DNA from: Lama glama
Lineage: Eukaryota
DNA: 64,000 nucleotides
Direction of reading: 5' to 3'
Assembly: GCA_028534125.1 (NCBI GenBank)
Contig: CM052816.1
Location: forward strand, 48,362,001-48,426,000
In this document: positions 12,823-26,300 of the stretch, piece after piece
Layout: each line of letters begins with the position of its first letter
How positions within the stretch are numbered: position 1 is the stretch's first letter
Translations under genes and position numbers: made by a program
The notes under the pieces: generated by a model
What the model saw: the letters and a program-made list of their open reading frames with translations, nothing else
What the model was told of the DNA's origin: nothing
Databases searched by the model: none

Positions 12823-13269
12823 GTAAGAAATTTTACTTGGTTTTCTAGTTATTTTAACTAGAAGTTGAAATCAGTTAACAACTTTTTCTCAAAGAAATGC
12901 AAATAGTAAGAAAATAGCCTGGATCCAGCAAGAAATTAGCAGATATTCTCCTTACCTGATGAGTTTGGCAGACTGAACTCAGTTCTATACATGTAAATCC
13001 AACTGTCACACACGTAAACATTCCATTGAACTAACTGTCAGGCATGTGTTGAACATGTAGCAAGGTTTTAGTGAGAGTACAAAAAAAAAGCTAAGAGAAC
13101 AAAAGCTATTTAAAGTAGACTTTATTTTCACAAACAGAAATTTTAGTGTCATATAAAAGACAATTTTAACAACCTCTGCAAGTGTCCACCATGGATGTTG
13201 TCTTCATAAGACAATATGTTCTTGTAATCAAAAGGCCTTCAGTTTACTGAAACATTTAGCTTTGTTGCT

Positions 13270-13420
13270 GGACGTGAAGTCTGAGCCAGACTGACTAGGT
13301 GTAAATCTTGGCCCAACTTACTACTGGGCTAATTACTCTTTGCATTTATTAGTTTTAAAAAATCATTGTATGAGCATCTGGAATAGAGTAAATAATCAGC
13401 ATGTATTGTCTGTTACTATT
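13270..13420 (+). mobile_element. MIR fragment
   Basis: tctgagccagactgactaggtgtaaatcttggccc...gggctaattac. Confidence 0.55.
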
Positions 13421-13501
13421 ATTCAGGAGTATATCCTTTTCCATATTAGATCAATTATTAGGCAGACTAATTTTTAAATTACTTGTTTTTCTCCTTGACA
13501 G

Positions 13502-13507
13502 ATAAAG
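13502..13507 (+). pseudogene. Candidate 6-nt micro-exon ATAAAG
   Basis: gactaat branch point, ttgtttttctccttgacag acceptor, gtaaag donor. Confidence 0.4.
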
Positions 13508-13575
13508 GTAAAGTCAACTTGCTTTTAATTTTAGAATTAAATCTTAGTCTAACATTTCTTAATTTGTATTTGCAG

Positions 13576-13635
13576 AATGTCAAATATAGTTTTGCCCTTT
13601 TAAAACCATTCTCTGAATTTCTGTATTTATGTTAA
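13576..13635 (+). pseudogene. Candidate 60-nt exon remnant (phase-0 reading NVKYSFALLKPFSEFLYLC*)
   Basis: ctaac branch, aatttgtatttgcag acceptor, gtatgt donor. All three frames contain stops. Confidence 0.35.
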
Positions 13636-16039
13636 GTATGTCTGTTTCAGCTTTTGATGAAATAGTAATTAATTTTTAATACAAGTTTTTAGTTGCCAAG
13701 AAAGAAATATATAACTTAGAAAATTCAGGTTTTTTTAAATTGAAAAACTGTACTTTCATTTTCTTAATTGTATATTTCAATTGTGTTTGTCTTCACAGTA
13801 AATTTCAGAGAGCTAAAAAAAATCCTGAAATAAGAGGAATACTGGATGCAATTTTTTAAGCAGATGTGTATTTTATATAGCATATTTTACTGTGAAAGGG
13901 ACTTTTCATCACATTTTTTATTCCTAATTATAAATTGCTGATAGTATTAGTCCAACTTTGCAATGTTTGAATATTTTTACACTGTGATAGGAAATGTTTA
14001 TAGTGTGTAGTTTTATCCCTGAAAATAATCCTCAGAAGATCAACATTGCAGGATAAAGTGAGAGTCACAGACATAATTAATGGGGTACATCAGTCCAACC
14101 ATCAATCTAGAAACATATGTCTCACTGACCACATGCTCTATAACTTTTCTTGCATTGTTAAACATGAAATACACCTTCTCTTGCTTTCAACATTTTCCTC
14201 TCACTTCCTTCCTCTTTATCCCTAATCCTTGTGTTTTCATTCTCCTCTCAGGTCTAGCATGGTGCTTCCTTTTTACAGGGAAGTGATTTCACTGGAACGT
14301 AGAAAAAAATCTTAACATGGTGACTCCTAAAGAACTTCTTATATTATAAAAATGGCCGTATTGTCTATCCCTTTAGTAGTCTAGTATGTCACCTTTAATA
14401 TTCCTACAAGGGTGGGAGAACTCCAAAGTGAAACTATACATTTTGTCAGACAATGTGCCCTATCTGCTTACTTGGAGTTTGCAGTTAATAGTACCAGAAA
14501 AAGGTATATTGGAAAACTGAATCTGTAATTTTTACTAGATATAAAATAATGAAAACTTATGTTGGTATGGAATAATTATTTAGTCTCATAATGAAGCCAT
14601 TAAAATTAATAAGTTAATAAACATTAAAATATTATTTATTATGTAATTATATGTAAATATCAAAGTACATAGTGCAAGTTAGGTTGCTTTTAGCTAGTAG
14701 TATTTGCATACTAAATTAAGTATGGATTTTTAAATAATTAATTATAAATATTAACTTATCTTTTAATTACTGTGACGTGTCTCAGTTGCCAGGCAAATTC
14801 AGTAGGCCCTGATAAATAACTATCAGCTTCTGTAAATATGTTATTCTTTAATTTGTTTACAATTAAAAAAGGGATTTTTCCCCATTGTAGTTAAGATTGG
14901 TGAGAGTGAACCATGCCTTTGAAAACTCTTTTACATAGCAAGTACTTAGAAATATTTATAATTATCTTTAAAAAATGTTTTAGTGTGTTTAAATATTTAA
15001 ATGAATTTAATTGTTGAAGTTAAAAATAGCTTCCATCTAAGTTAAAGATTCTGTCCCCTGAGGAAATCAACAAATACACCAAAGGTCATCAGTTTTATAG
15101 CTGATTATAATTAAATACATGTTGACATAGATCTAATTTAGTGCTCTGCCAGGAGTGTCAGCTTTAGGATAGACTATTTGTTTTAATAGGAATGGATTTT
15201 TGTTTCTTCCCTATCAGAAGAATTCTGTTAACTTTAAAAGTGCTAGCAGAAGATGGTTGGAAAACAAAATCCCAATTAAGTCCCAATTATATAATTTTAC
15301 TTTATATTTTTATTTTATTATGGTATGATATTCTATATAGAATTAATAGTTAATAACAGTAATTTATAATTATTGATATATAAAATGTATTTAAATGCAT
15401 TTCATAATAATTGAGGGGGAGTAAAGCAGTGCTAACATCACTTGAGACTTTAAGATTTGCTTCTTCCTCATAGAGATTACACTGTATCAGTGCTGGGATG
15501 TAGTCTTGAAAGCAGAAAGAAAAGATATAAAAGGATGTTTGCTTAGCTGTATTGGTCTTTGTCTTACAACATTATATTTTTAATCTTTTACTTTCCAAAA
15601 AGACAGCTGATTTTGAACTAAACTCTATATTTATTTACAAAGTAACATAGGAAATTGAGTTAATTATGATTTAGAAAGGAAACAAAATGTATTTTCTATT
15701 ACTTAGCTAAATGTTTATTTTAAAATATGTGTGTGTGGGTGTCTTGAACAAACATCTTTATTTTCCATTTATATTTACAAAAGAAATGCCCTAACTTGTA
15801 TGTAACTTATATGCTACGGTCAAATTATTCAATTCACTTTATAATTGTGTGTTATATGTGTCTATCACTGCATTGATGCATGGAGGATTGAAAAAAAAGA
15901 TTGGAATTTTAACATCTACCATCTTATAGATTATGAATATACAGCATGCCTACTCACATTATATTTGTATATGTGTATTTTATTATTACAGACATCTGCA
16001 TTCTTTATTTTGAACATATGCATTAATCCATTTTAGCTT

Positions 16040-16190
16040 TTCGTTTTATTAAGACTTTACTTTTTTAGAGCAGTTTTAGATTTATGACAAAATTGAAAGA
16101 CAAGTACAAAGATTTCTCATATACATCCTACACCTTCACGTGCATAGCCTCCCTTATTATTAATATCACTCACCAGAATGGCACTGTAAA
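16040..16190 (-). mobile_element. L1MC/MB-type 3'-end fragment
   Basis: ttttagagcagttttagatttatgacaaaattgaaag...aatatcactcaccagaatgg. Confidence 0.75.
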
Positions 16191-19100
16191 TGTATTTTAA
16201 TATTTTATAAAACACATTTCACCTCTTAAGATCTTTACTAATATCCTCTGTTCCTTCTGTATTCTATGGGAACACTTAACAGAAACACTTTATCCCCCTT
16301 GAAATATGTCATTTGTTTGAAATAGATATAGGATTATCTTTTCTAATTTACTTTCTATGAGTTGCCAAATTTTCATATATTGGGAATTTACATATTTATA
16401 CTCTACCAATAAATTTGCCAATGGCCTTCACAAGTGTTCTGAACAGATATTTTACACCTGTTTTATGGAATAAGTATGAAGATTCAGTGCATACTATTCG
16501 TAGTGTTTATGTTTATTAGTACTACATTTTGACAATATTTAAATAATTTCCTAGATTCTCAGATTAATTTAATAAAGAGATTACTAGAAAAATAAAAATA
16601 CTTCTGATAATCACATAATGAAAGCATTAAGCTAATGATAAACAACCACTCAGATAGAAGCTTGACTTTTGAATAAAATGCATCTATCAAATTTGTGTTT
16701 CCAGAATGATGGGAACTAGAACAATGTATATTAGTTGAAGTTCTGTGACTCCAAACCTTTTCTCATTGTGCTAGCTTAAATGTCTGCTCACTGAGGAATA
16801 TTGTAATACTATGTTGTCTTCATGAATATTTTAAATCATTCTCAATGTTCATTTCTATATTTGAATTCTATAGAATATTATAAAATATCTTGTATTTGTG
16901 TGAAGTTTTATAGACAATATAAATAGCATTATTTCAAACACTGGGAGTTGATAAATAACTATTTGTTTAACAAGAATGTATACATTACTACTGGTCCACT
17001 TCTATTGCTCTGTACTTTTTCCCTTCTAATAATCATTCATCTAAATTGTTTGTCATAGATCAATATTGTACTTGTATCACAAGTCCAGTTACAGAACTGC
17101 TGTTTTTTATTCTCACACCAAATTTTCTGCCTTGATTCTTTAAGGATGGCCTTCCTGGTGTCCTTCCAAATGAGCCAGTTAGACATTTTAACTTTTTAGT
17201 TCTACATCTCTAGTAACTCAAGAGAGAATTTATCACAGTATCTAGATCAGGGATAAACTGCAGGGCTCCATACATTAAGGTAGGGAATTAACAGGGTCAA
17301 ACAGATATGCTGAAATGCTGTGTACTATAGGTAAGCTCTCTTGAGAGTTTGGAGTTCAGTGATTGCCTCATGCAAAGGGATCTCATCCTACCAGGGTGGA
17401 ATAAGCATGAACAGGGAGAGTAAGTCTTTAGGAACACTATCACCTCCTTCATATTAGCTTCAACATTTTAGAGAGGCAAGTATCAAAAGAAACCTACTTG
17501 TGATCAGGTTTTTTTTTTTTTTTTAATTTCTACTGAAGTCTTCCTCTCCATCCAAGATGCAGAGGTGACCCATGAGGAGCCAACTGATGTATCATCAGTA
17601 ACTGGCTTGAACTGAGTGGCACATTTGTTGCTTTCTCTATTCTGTAAAATGTGTGAACACCACACCAGACTCATGGTGTTTTCTCAGAGAACCCACTGTC
17701 CATCTCTTCTGTCCTATTTAGTTACCATTTCCCCCAACCCTTCAGCGGAAACCCTTCACTCTCCAGATGAAAAACAAACTCCCTGGAATTTATAGGACAA
17801 AAGATACTTGCTGATTTTGAAGAGCTATCATATGGGACTTGAGTGATATCTTAACTTATATTCCCAATGGCTTTTGTTAGTTTCAAAATTACCTATAATA
17901 TAGTAACATAATAAAATTACAATTATTAATTGTAACAAAGAAAAATTATCTAGCATCTGATATATAAAATTACTATATTGTGATAATAAATTTTATTTTG
18001 ATTATTTTAAAGTAAAGTTTAGAAAAATAACTACTTTGTGATGTATAGCCATTCTTCTATGTGCTAAACTTTTTTAAAGTGCTTATTATAAGTGAAGTAA
18101 ATAATAAGTGTTAGAAATACAAACATAATTAAGATAGAGCGATTCATGTTCTATGGTCAGAAAATAAGAATAAGTAGTAATACAGTGTAGTAAGTGTTGT
18201 AGAAAATTATGCAGAAATTACTATGGAGGTGCAAATGTCAGAGCAAATCTAAGTTAGAGAGTCACCAAGAGCATGATGTAAAAGTTGAGCCTTAGAAAAT
18301 TAGAATTACATAAACTGGAATATTGAGAAAAGCGGCATTCCTAGTGGTATGAACATAGTAACCACATTAAGATATGGAAGACCATGGTAAGCCTGGTAAT
18401 TAAGTTGTTGTAATAGAAGCATGTTATTTGTAAAAATCAAAATGAAAGTTAGAAATGCAGTAATGCATTAAAACAAAAGGCATTACGTGTCTAATCTTTA
18501 TAAGAACACTATATGGCGACGCAAAAGTATATCCGTAGACAAGAATCTTCCTCATGACAAGAGGAAAATTCTACAGAAATGGCAGTGGAGGGGAAGGAAA
18601 ATGCCATGATTTAGGAGATGTTTATGCAGAGGAAACAGCAGGTCTTTGGGTGTGAAGAATAGTGAGGAAAGGCAAGAGCTTCAAATTGTGTGGCTTTGTC
18701 TGAGTACCATTGATTGAGTTAAGAAATAAGATGAGAAATGAGTTTAGAGGTAAATCAAATTAAGGCACATACACTTTGAGAACACTAAGTGATAATCAGA
18801 TTTTTTGAAAATAATTAGAATTTTCTGAAAGTCAGACAAAAAACAAGAAAATGAGGTAGAGAAGGAGAAAAGTGTGCGTTTAAAAGTCATCGCTGTGGAC
18901 AGTGAGGTCTGATTCAACAGAGACCTCTGAGAACTGCCTTGAAGAATTGTTCACCCTTCAGAAGGAAGGCTGAGCATTTCTTCATAGGCAGCCATCTCCC
19001 ACTGGATGAGTACATTAACCTCTGTCCCCATACTTGCTGACTGTGTGCTTGGTAAGAGAATACTGAGGTAGAAAAGCAGAGAGACACTTGACAGAGCTTG

Positions 19101-19289
19101 AGAAAAGATTTTCAAAGTGAATAAAATTAAATAGTATAGTTTTTAACAAACCTAAAATTTTCAAGGGAACTATGAAAAAATATTTGAAAATATTTTGAGT
19201 ATCCCTCCTAACAAGTATGACAAGATTACTTTTTCATTAGCAAATTAATTATTTTGTAAACCAACTCTTTTTTTTTTAACTTGCAAAAT

Positions 19290-20450
19290 CATCACTTCCT
19301 TCTTCAAATATGTCTTCCACTAAATTTGTTTTTCTCTTCTTTTGGAGATTCTTATAATATAGAAATTGACCTTTCTCCTTCTGATATCTGTAGCTCATGT
19401 ATTCTTTTATAAATTCCTTATTTCTTTCTTATTAAATCTGGGAGACTTCCTAACCACAACTGTCTGATTATTAAATCTTTGCTGTATTCAATCTTGCAGT
19501 TCAAGTCACTTACTTATTTCATTTTCAATTATAGTTTTAAAAATCCATGTTACAGACTAGCTCTTCTTTATAACTGTCAAGTCTTGCTTTCTGTATCAAT
19601 TGTCCTTTCTTTTCTCTTCGAACGTATTTTGTTAATTCTTATTCTGATAACTATTCATTCTTCTGGGTTTTTTTGGTTCTTCTTATTTATGATATCTTCC
19701 TGTGTGGTGATTGCATTCCTTGATAGTTCATTATCTTTTGTGTGTAGAATCATCTACTTTAATAATTTTTACTTGGGTTGGCAGATAAAAGCCTGTGTCC
19801 CAGTGTTTCCCCTGACGAGTTAATGTCCATGTGTGTATTGAGGAGAGAGGGAGATGTAGTCAAGGAAAACTTCTGGTGTTGCATCTGGGTTGAAAAAAAC
19901 CATTTGGTTCACATAATCGAGCCATTCTGGCCTTCAAGGAGTCTCTCTACCACTGCTCAAAGCAATGCTATTTCTGTAATGCTTCCTCTCTGTGGTTGTA
20001 ATCACTTACCTCACACAGAGTGATGAGAAAAGGGTAAGAAAGAACCAATCAGGGGCATTCTTCTTTGCCTTCATCTCTTGTTTTATGCTTCCCATTCCAG
20101 CTTGATTTGTGTGTCTTATGTTATTTTTTTCTAGCTGCAGCTGGGTTGATTCTGAGCTAGGTCTGCTGTGCTTTGTTTTATTTTTGTTTTTACACGATGG
20201 TGCTCTTTGGCCTCGAAGTGGTCTGCCTGTAAAAGTGTAAAGGAAGGAAGATAATGAAGTTCAAAAGCCTCCATGCCCTGTCTCTGGCATCTGCCCCAAT
20301 TTCACCTGAGGCTGCCACTCCACCTACCCAGACGTCTGATTTAACCACTATGTATCAGTCACCTGAAATATTTCTCACAGGAATTAAGTGGAATTCAAGG
20401 GTACATCAGCTTCCCTCCTCCATCTATTGGATCTCCTAGACTCTTACACC
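19290..20450 (-). mobile_element. Old L1 (ORF1/5' region) fragment
   Basis: T-rich antisense L1 ORF1-like sequence; boundaries approximate. Confidence 0.4.
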
Positions 20451-22580
20451 TGTTTAGAATACATTATGTGAGAGGACAATATGTATGATGTTTTGTCCAT
20501 TGACTGAATTATAGAAAAGTTCTCCTCTGGCATCTGGTTAATTTAATTTTAGATTTCCACAAAAAGTTAAAATCAATTGAACATAGATTCTAACAAAGAG
20601 AGCTCACCAGCCCATTGGTAGATTACATTCCACTACCTAAGAATTATATTTGCTTTTATGACCTATCCCTGGAAACTTACATGTTGCTTATCACAAAATT
20701 GCTGTGAAGTAAATAACTCATTGGATGAAACCAATACTATATCCTTCATTGTCCTTGTCAAGAATATCAGTGTTAGGTTAAACTACTTCATATGGAACAT
20801 TTAACATTATGCTGCATTTTAAATGTACTTTGATTCCAGCTATTTCTCCCGTAACTTCTTTATCGGCAATAAAAATGAACAAAGATAAAAGTCTACATTT
20901 CTCTTTGATGTGCTCAAGGAGCTAAGTGAATGGTCTCTTGATTGTTCATCACAAGTGCTTACTGTCTTTCAGAGGATTGGGCCCTTTGGGTTACAGCACA
21001 GCAATTAAAGTAGAGGTGACTACATTTGAGTTTTCATTTTTCTCTTTTGCTGAATATGTAACAACCACCCTGGGAAACTGCAGGAATAACAAAGGAAAAG
21101 TAGATGTAAAAAATGTGAAGTGAGAGAAACTCTTTTTTATTTACTTACCTCTTATATCTAGATAATTATTTAGGTAAGGTAGGAAGAATTAGTAAAATTT
21201 GATCTCCAGAGAAAGCTAAATCTTAGGATTTTAATCAAGCCAGAGCCCTCCCTTAAACAACCAAAAGAGCCACCGAAGAAATTATGCAACCTCTTTAATA
21301 GGCATAATAACCTATTTACTCCTACTCCCTCCATTCTATGTGGATCAGTAAAGAAACAAGTGCTACATTTACTACATTATGCTGAAGCCAATACAATTGA
21401 AGGAATGTTTCCTTGCTCAGTATGAGCTTTCTGTAACATTCCTGAAAATTATCATTTTCTTTGTGAAAGTGGCTTACATTCAATGCAATAGGTTTCAACA
21501 ACCCACAATCCTATCATTCACAATGGTGGAAATAGCCACTGGAAACTAGACCAGTGAGATTTTTTTCCCCTCATATTGACTCTGGGACCAGGAACCCTTT
21601 CTCCTCCTGTTAATTTTAGTATGAATTTAGGTCCATCTGATTATTTTATGCTTCTGCATTTTTCCAAAGATGCCATAGCTTATGTAAAATGAGGAGATGC
21701 TAGTGATCTATGTACCTGTGGTCTGTGGTGATGCCCACTTATCTCTTCCTTCCTAAATCATAATGAGAAAACCGACCCACCTCTTTCCTTAGAGCTGGGG
21801 GAAAAGGACTTCTAGAGACATGAGATTTGTCTCTCATTGGTAGGGCCTAACTTCTCTATGCCTTTACTTGTCCAGAGCTTATGAGGAAAAAAGCCTTGGT
21901 CTGTGTAGTGTGTTGTATTAATGATTAGAGGGTACTACTCCCTGAAGGGTGATGGAGTGATTATAGATATTTCAGTTATATCTGTTTAGCTCAAGAAGAA
22001 AAAAAAAGTGAAAAATTCATGTAATTATGTTTCTAAATGTCAACAGTTGTATTAATGCATGAGAAAAGATTCGCTTTTCCTTTATTTAAAGACTTAGCTT
22101 CAAAATAACTGTATTGTTTATTGTGTTCTGTGATTGTATATCCTGAGGCTACTTGGGTTCCAGGAGATTAATTTGATTTTTATAGATCCTTTCCCAATTT
22201 ACTGTGACTCAAAGTGACTCCCAAGTTCCATTCCTGACACTTTTCCTTTTCCTTTATTTTCATGGATAAGCCTGCTTTTCATCAATGGTATCACATGGCA
22301 TACAAAATAAATTATATTTTACTTTAAATTTATTATACAAGCACCCTAATCTTAAATCTAATAAGACAGACAAAGACATGGATCTATATATTCTTCCTAC
22401 TATGGCCCTGGTAATATAATTCCTTTTCCAATATAACATTAGAGTTACTTACAATGTTTCCATGAAGGTTTTTTTTTTAAATAAAGTAAGGATATTCAAT
22501 ATAACTTCTGTCAAAAATTCTTTTATCAAATTAGTATATTTTTAACGGGGAGATACTTAAACACTCAAGTCAATAATATC

Positions 22581-22700
22581 ATTATCTTGCATTATATTAT
22601 CTTGCATTATAATGTTGAAAACTTAACTTTCTTAGTTATAACACTTTTATTATTATCTTGCATTATAATGTTGAAACTTAACTTTCTTAGTTATAACACT
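22581..22700. repeat. Local tandem duplications (15 bp x2, then ~51 bp x2)
   Basis: attatcttgcattat occurs twice. tattatcttgcattataatgttgaaa(a)cttaactttcttagttataacact occurs at 22595-22645 and 22651-22700. Confidence 0.9.
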
Positions 22701-23279
22701 CAGTTACTCAGTGAAATGTAATAAACATAAGCTAAATGAATCTGTGATCAAGAGCACTTGGATATTTGGACACTTTCTGGGCCTGTCAGTTTATTATGAG
22801 CTGTGAGAAAAAAACATACTTCTTACTGACATTTCCATTTCTATTCTTAGTGTGTCAGAATCCCCTTCCCCATGAAACTATTAAATTGAAATAATTTTTA
22901 CTTTTCTTAAATTTAAATGCACTCAGTTAAATAATTTTGTCACACTGTGATTAGAGGGAGTTCACAAATGTGTTTTCTCAATTGATAGTAAAGGTTATTA
23001 AACAATAAAATTGGATAGTAAAGGTGATAGTGCCCATTCATCTTTTCTTAAATTCTTTATAATAGAGTTTCAACTTCTAGGATGTTTTAAATATGAAAAA
23101 AAAGTTAAATTCTTATCAGATAATTCCTAATAGTGAAGAAGAAAAATGGAGCCAAAATATTTTTGTGATACTTTCTTCCTTTATTATCCTAAGTATTAAC
23201 AAAAATTTATAGCCAACAAGATTGGCAGCCAGTGTAATCAGCTTCAAGTACTTAAAGGTTATTTATATTTTGCCAAGAT

Positions 23280-23930
23280 ATCAAACAAAATTGTATCAAA
23301 ACCTGACAGTACATTATAAGCAAAGACAATTACTGACTAATACTTCTCATGAACACAGATGGAAAATCCTTATAAGCTAGTAACATATCAAATATATCTA
23401 CATATAAAAAGATAATACTTTATGAAAGTGGGTTTTATTCCAAAAATACAGTGTTGCTTTAACATATGAAAATCATTGAATGTAATTTACATTAGTAGAA
23501 TAAAAGATAATATTATCATTTCAATAGATGCAGATAAAACCTTTAACTGAATACATCACCCATTTATCGTAAAAACTCTCAGTAAACTTGAAGAAGAAAA
23601 AAACGTCCTCAACTTGATAAAGGGCATCTACAAAAAAAACCTGCAGGCAAAGTCATACTCTACAGTATACACTTGAATGTATCACTCCCTTGATATCAAG
23701 ACCAAGAAAAGGATGTCTGCTCTTGTGACATCTCCAATTTAACATTACATTGAAGTGAAAGAAATACAGAGCTTCAAGATTTGAAAGGAAGAAGTAAAAT
23801 TGTTTTTATTTACGGACAATGTTATACTGTACATAGAAATTCAAATGCACCTAATGTAACTATTAGAACTAATAAGAGGAAATAGCACTTCACAAGATCC
23901 AAGGCCAATGTATAAATATTAATTGTACAT
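23280..23930 (+). mobile_element. Old L1 ORF2 (RT) fragment
   Basis: Degenerate ISIDA.K.F (atttcaatagatgcagataaaacc), NLIKGIY and GTRQGC-like coding sequence. Confidence 0.8.
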
Positions 23931-25519
23931 CTAGGTCACCATATTTAAAAAGAACATTTGTCTGAAAAAATTAGACATGTTCTGGCTTATTAAAAACTGT
24001 TCCATTAAAATATCTTCAGAGATTATTTTTTAAAGAAATAAAAGTTTTCATAAGAGAGGTACATTTATATCAACTTTTAATAGCAATCACTTTCTTAAGG
24101 AAACTGAAATACAGTAGTATGGCCCTTAGGATAAACCTTAGTTTAAAGCTAGAAATTACTTATAGTTCATTGCAGTAAATGTAAGTAGCTAATTTTCTCT
24201 TAACTTAAAATTGTCTCATAAACTATATATATGTAGGTTTCAAAATAGAAGACAATGTACAGTAGTGTTTATAGAAATGATAAAATTCTCATGAGCATCA
24301 GAACCATCACTCTTGGTAAAGTTGTTGTGTTCTCTATGTTGTTATGATATACAAAGATTAGCCCAATAATTAAATTTATCCTCTCTGATCTGAGTAATTT
24401 CTCCTAAGTAAAGAATTTTGCCACATATATGGCCACATCAATTCAACTATGAAAGATTTTTTTTTCTCTTGTATATAAACTCAGTAAAGTCAACTTTTCT
24501 ACAAGCTAGGTATTTTGAATTTTTTCCACTTGGTTAATATTCTAAGAATAGGAAGTTGGATAAAAACACTGGGGAATTTTAATGAGATAAAATTCTTATA
24601 GAATAATTGTTTAAAATATTTTTCTTTTCCCCATCTGTCTCTCCTTCCCTTATTTTGTCTTCTCTTTCCCACCGTTATCATTTATTTTTAAATTTTTCTT
24701 CTCTTACCCTCAATTCTATTTTTCTCTCTATATTTCCCCATGTATAGTATATTGTATGTAGTATATTGTGTAAGTTCCCAAGAAATTTATAAATTCTAGT
24801 CTGTATCTACTATGAGAGCATATTTCTTGTTTGGTTTTCTGAGAACTTCTGAAAATATTTTAGATATGAAAAACTCCAGAATAAACCATTTAAACTGAGA
24901 TGAAATAAAATTCTAAGATAAGCCCTAGATTTCAGTTTATATTGTTCTTTTCTGTCAGTATTCTCCAGGCACAGCTATTATAAGTCAGATGTCACATTAA
25001 AGAAAAGCATTTCTTTGGAAATTGATATCTGCATTATTTCTCTGTCAGTACCTATATGTTTATTTCAGTTGCCTTTTAAGAAGCTAAATATTAAGAATTT
25101 ATTTTAAAGCATTTGCATATCAATTCTCTTAATACTTGTTATAGTATAATAAAATATCTTATTTAAAGCAGCTTGTTTAAAAAAAAGGCTTGTAACATAT
25201 AATATTATTCTATTCTATTTACTTTTATACTTACAAAACATGCATAAGTGTGCATTATATAAAAAATGAACTGGCAGTGATTTTTGAATATTGGTGATAT
25301 TGAATATGGTGATAACTATGTGAAATGTCTTTCCAGATAAGCTAAACGTCTAGGCTGCCTTTTGGGGAAATGGCCAATGCTTATTTCTGTGGTCCTAATG
25401 TGAACTCCCAAATTTCATGAGGGACTTGGAACAAGAATTCCTGAAAAAAAAATTTTTGTATTGTTTGACCTTTCTCCATGTTTAGGACTCCCAACTATCC
25501 ATTTATTTATTTCTTGCTT

Positions 25520-25830
25520 AATTTATTATTGCCTTTTTTTTTAATTTCTTGCCTAGTCACCTTGGCTATAAGCTCCAGTACAATGCTGAATATTGGTAGC
25601 AAGAACAGAAAACATAATTATGTTCCTGATCGTAGAAAAGTTGTCAGTCTTTAACCACTAAGTATAAAGTTAGCTGTGCTCATTTCATATGTGTTCTTTG
25701 TCAGGATGAGGATGTAGTCCTGTATTTCCAGTTGGTTGTATATTTCTCTTATGAAAGTATATCAGATTGTATCACATGTTTTTTCTGTTCGTATTATGGT
25801 GACCATGTGGCTTTGTAGTTTATATTATTA
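25520..25830 (-). mobile_element. Old L1 ORF2 fragment
   Basis: gctccagtacaatgctgaata...accactaagtataaagttagctgt is antisense L1 RT. Confidence 0.7.
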
Positions 25831-26017
25831 ATACACCGAAGTTCAGTAACCATTGTCTGGATGTTTCTAAAGATCCTTCAAATTATGTTCCCAAGATCTA
25901 GGAATATAAACCCTGGCATCCGAATCCTTTGGCTTATTGTGGCCTTCTTTGTTCAATTTCCATAATAAGTCAGACCAAAATGGACAGGTTACTTTTGTAT
26001 TTTCCCTTTTTGACAAG

Positions 26018-26300
26018 TGTAATGGTTAATTTATTTGTCAGCTTGATTGGGTACAGAGTGTCTAGATATTTGATCAATTATTTTATTCTGTGTGTTTTTG
26101 TGAGAGTGTTTTTGCATAACATGAACATTTTAATCAGTAAAGGAAAGCAGATTGCCCTCCATAATGTGAGTGGGCCTTATCCAATCATTTGAAGGCCTGA
26201 TTTGGGCAAAGGAAGCAACCCTTCCCCAAGTAAGAAAGAATTTTCCAGCATGCTATCTTTGGACTTCATGTGAAATGTCACCTCTTCCTGTCCGCTTGGC
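26018..26300 (+). mobile_element. MLT2 (ERVL) LTR 5' part, MLT2D-like
   Basis: tgtaatggttaattt...gtcagcttgattgg...agcagattgccctccataatgtgagtgggccttatccaatca. Confidence 0.85.

Noticed and set aside
12950..12990. Minus-strand donor (cag|gtaagg) suggesting an antisense exon
   Set aside because: No good acceptor or meaningful peptide, and no chain of minus-strand exons.
25840..25990. Non-repeat, coding-looking stretch between L1 and MLT2
   Set aside because: Stops in most frames, no clear acceptor and no recognisable motif.
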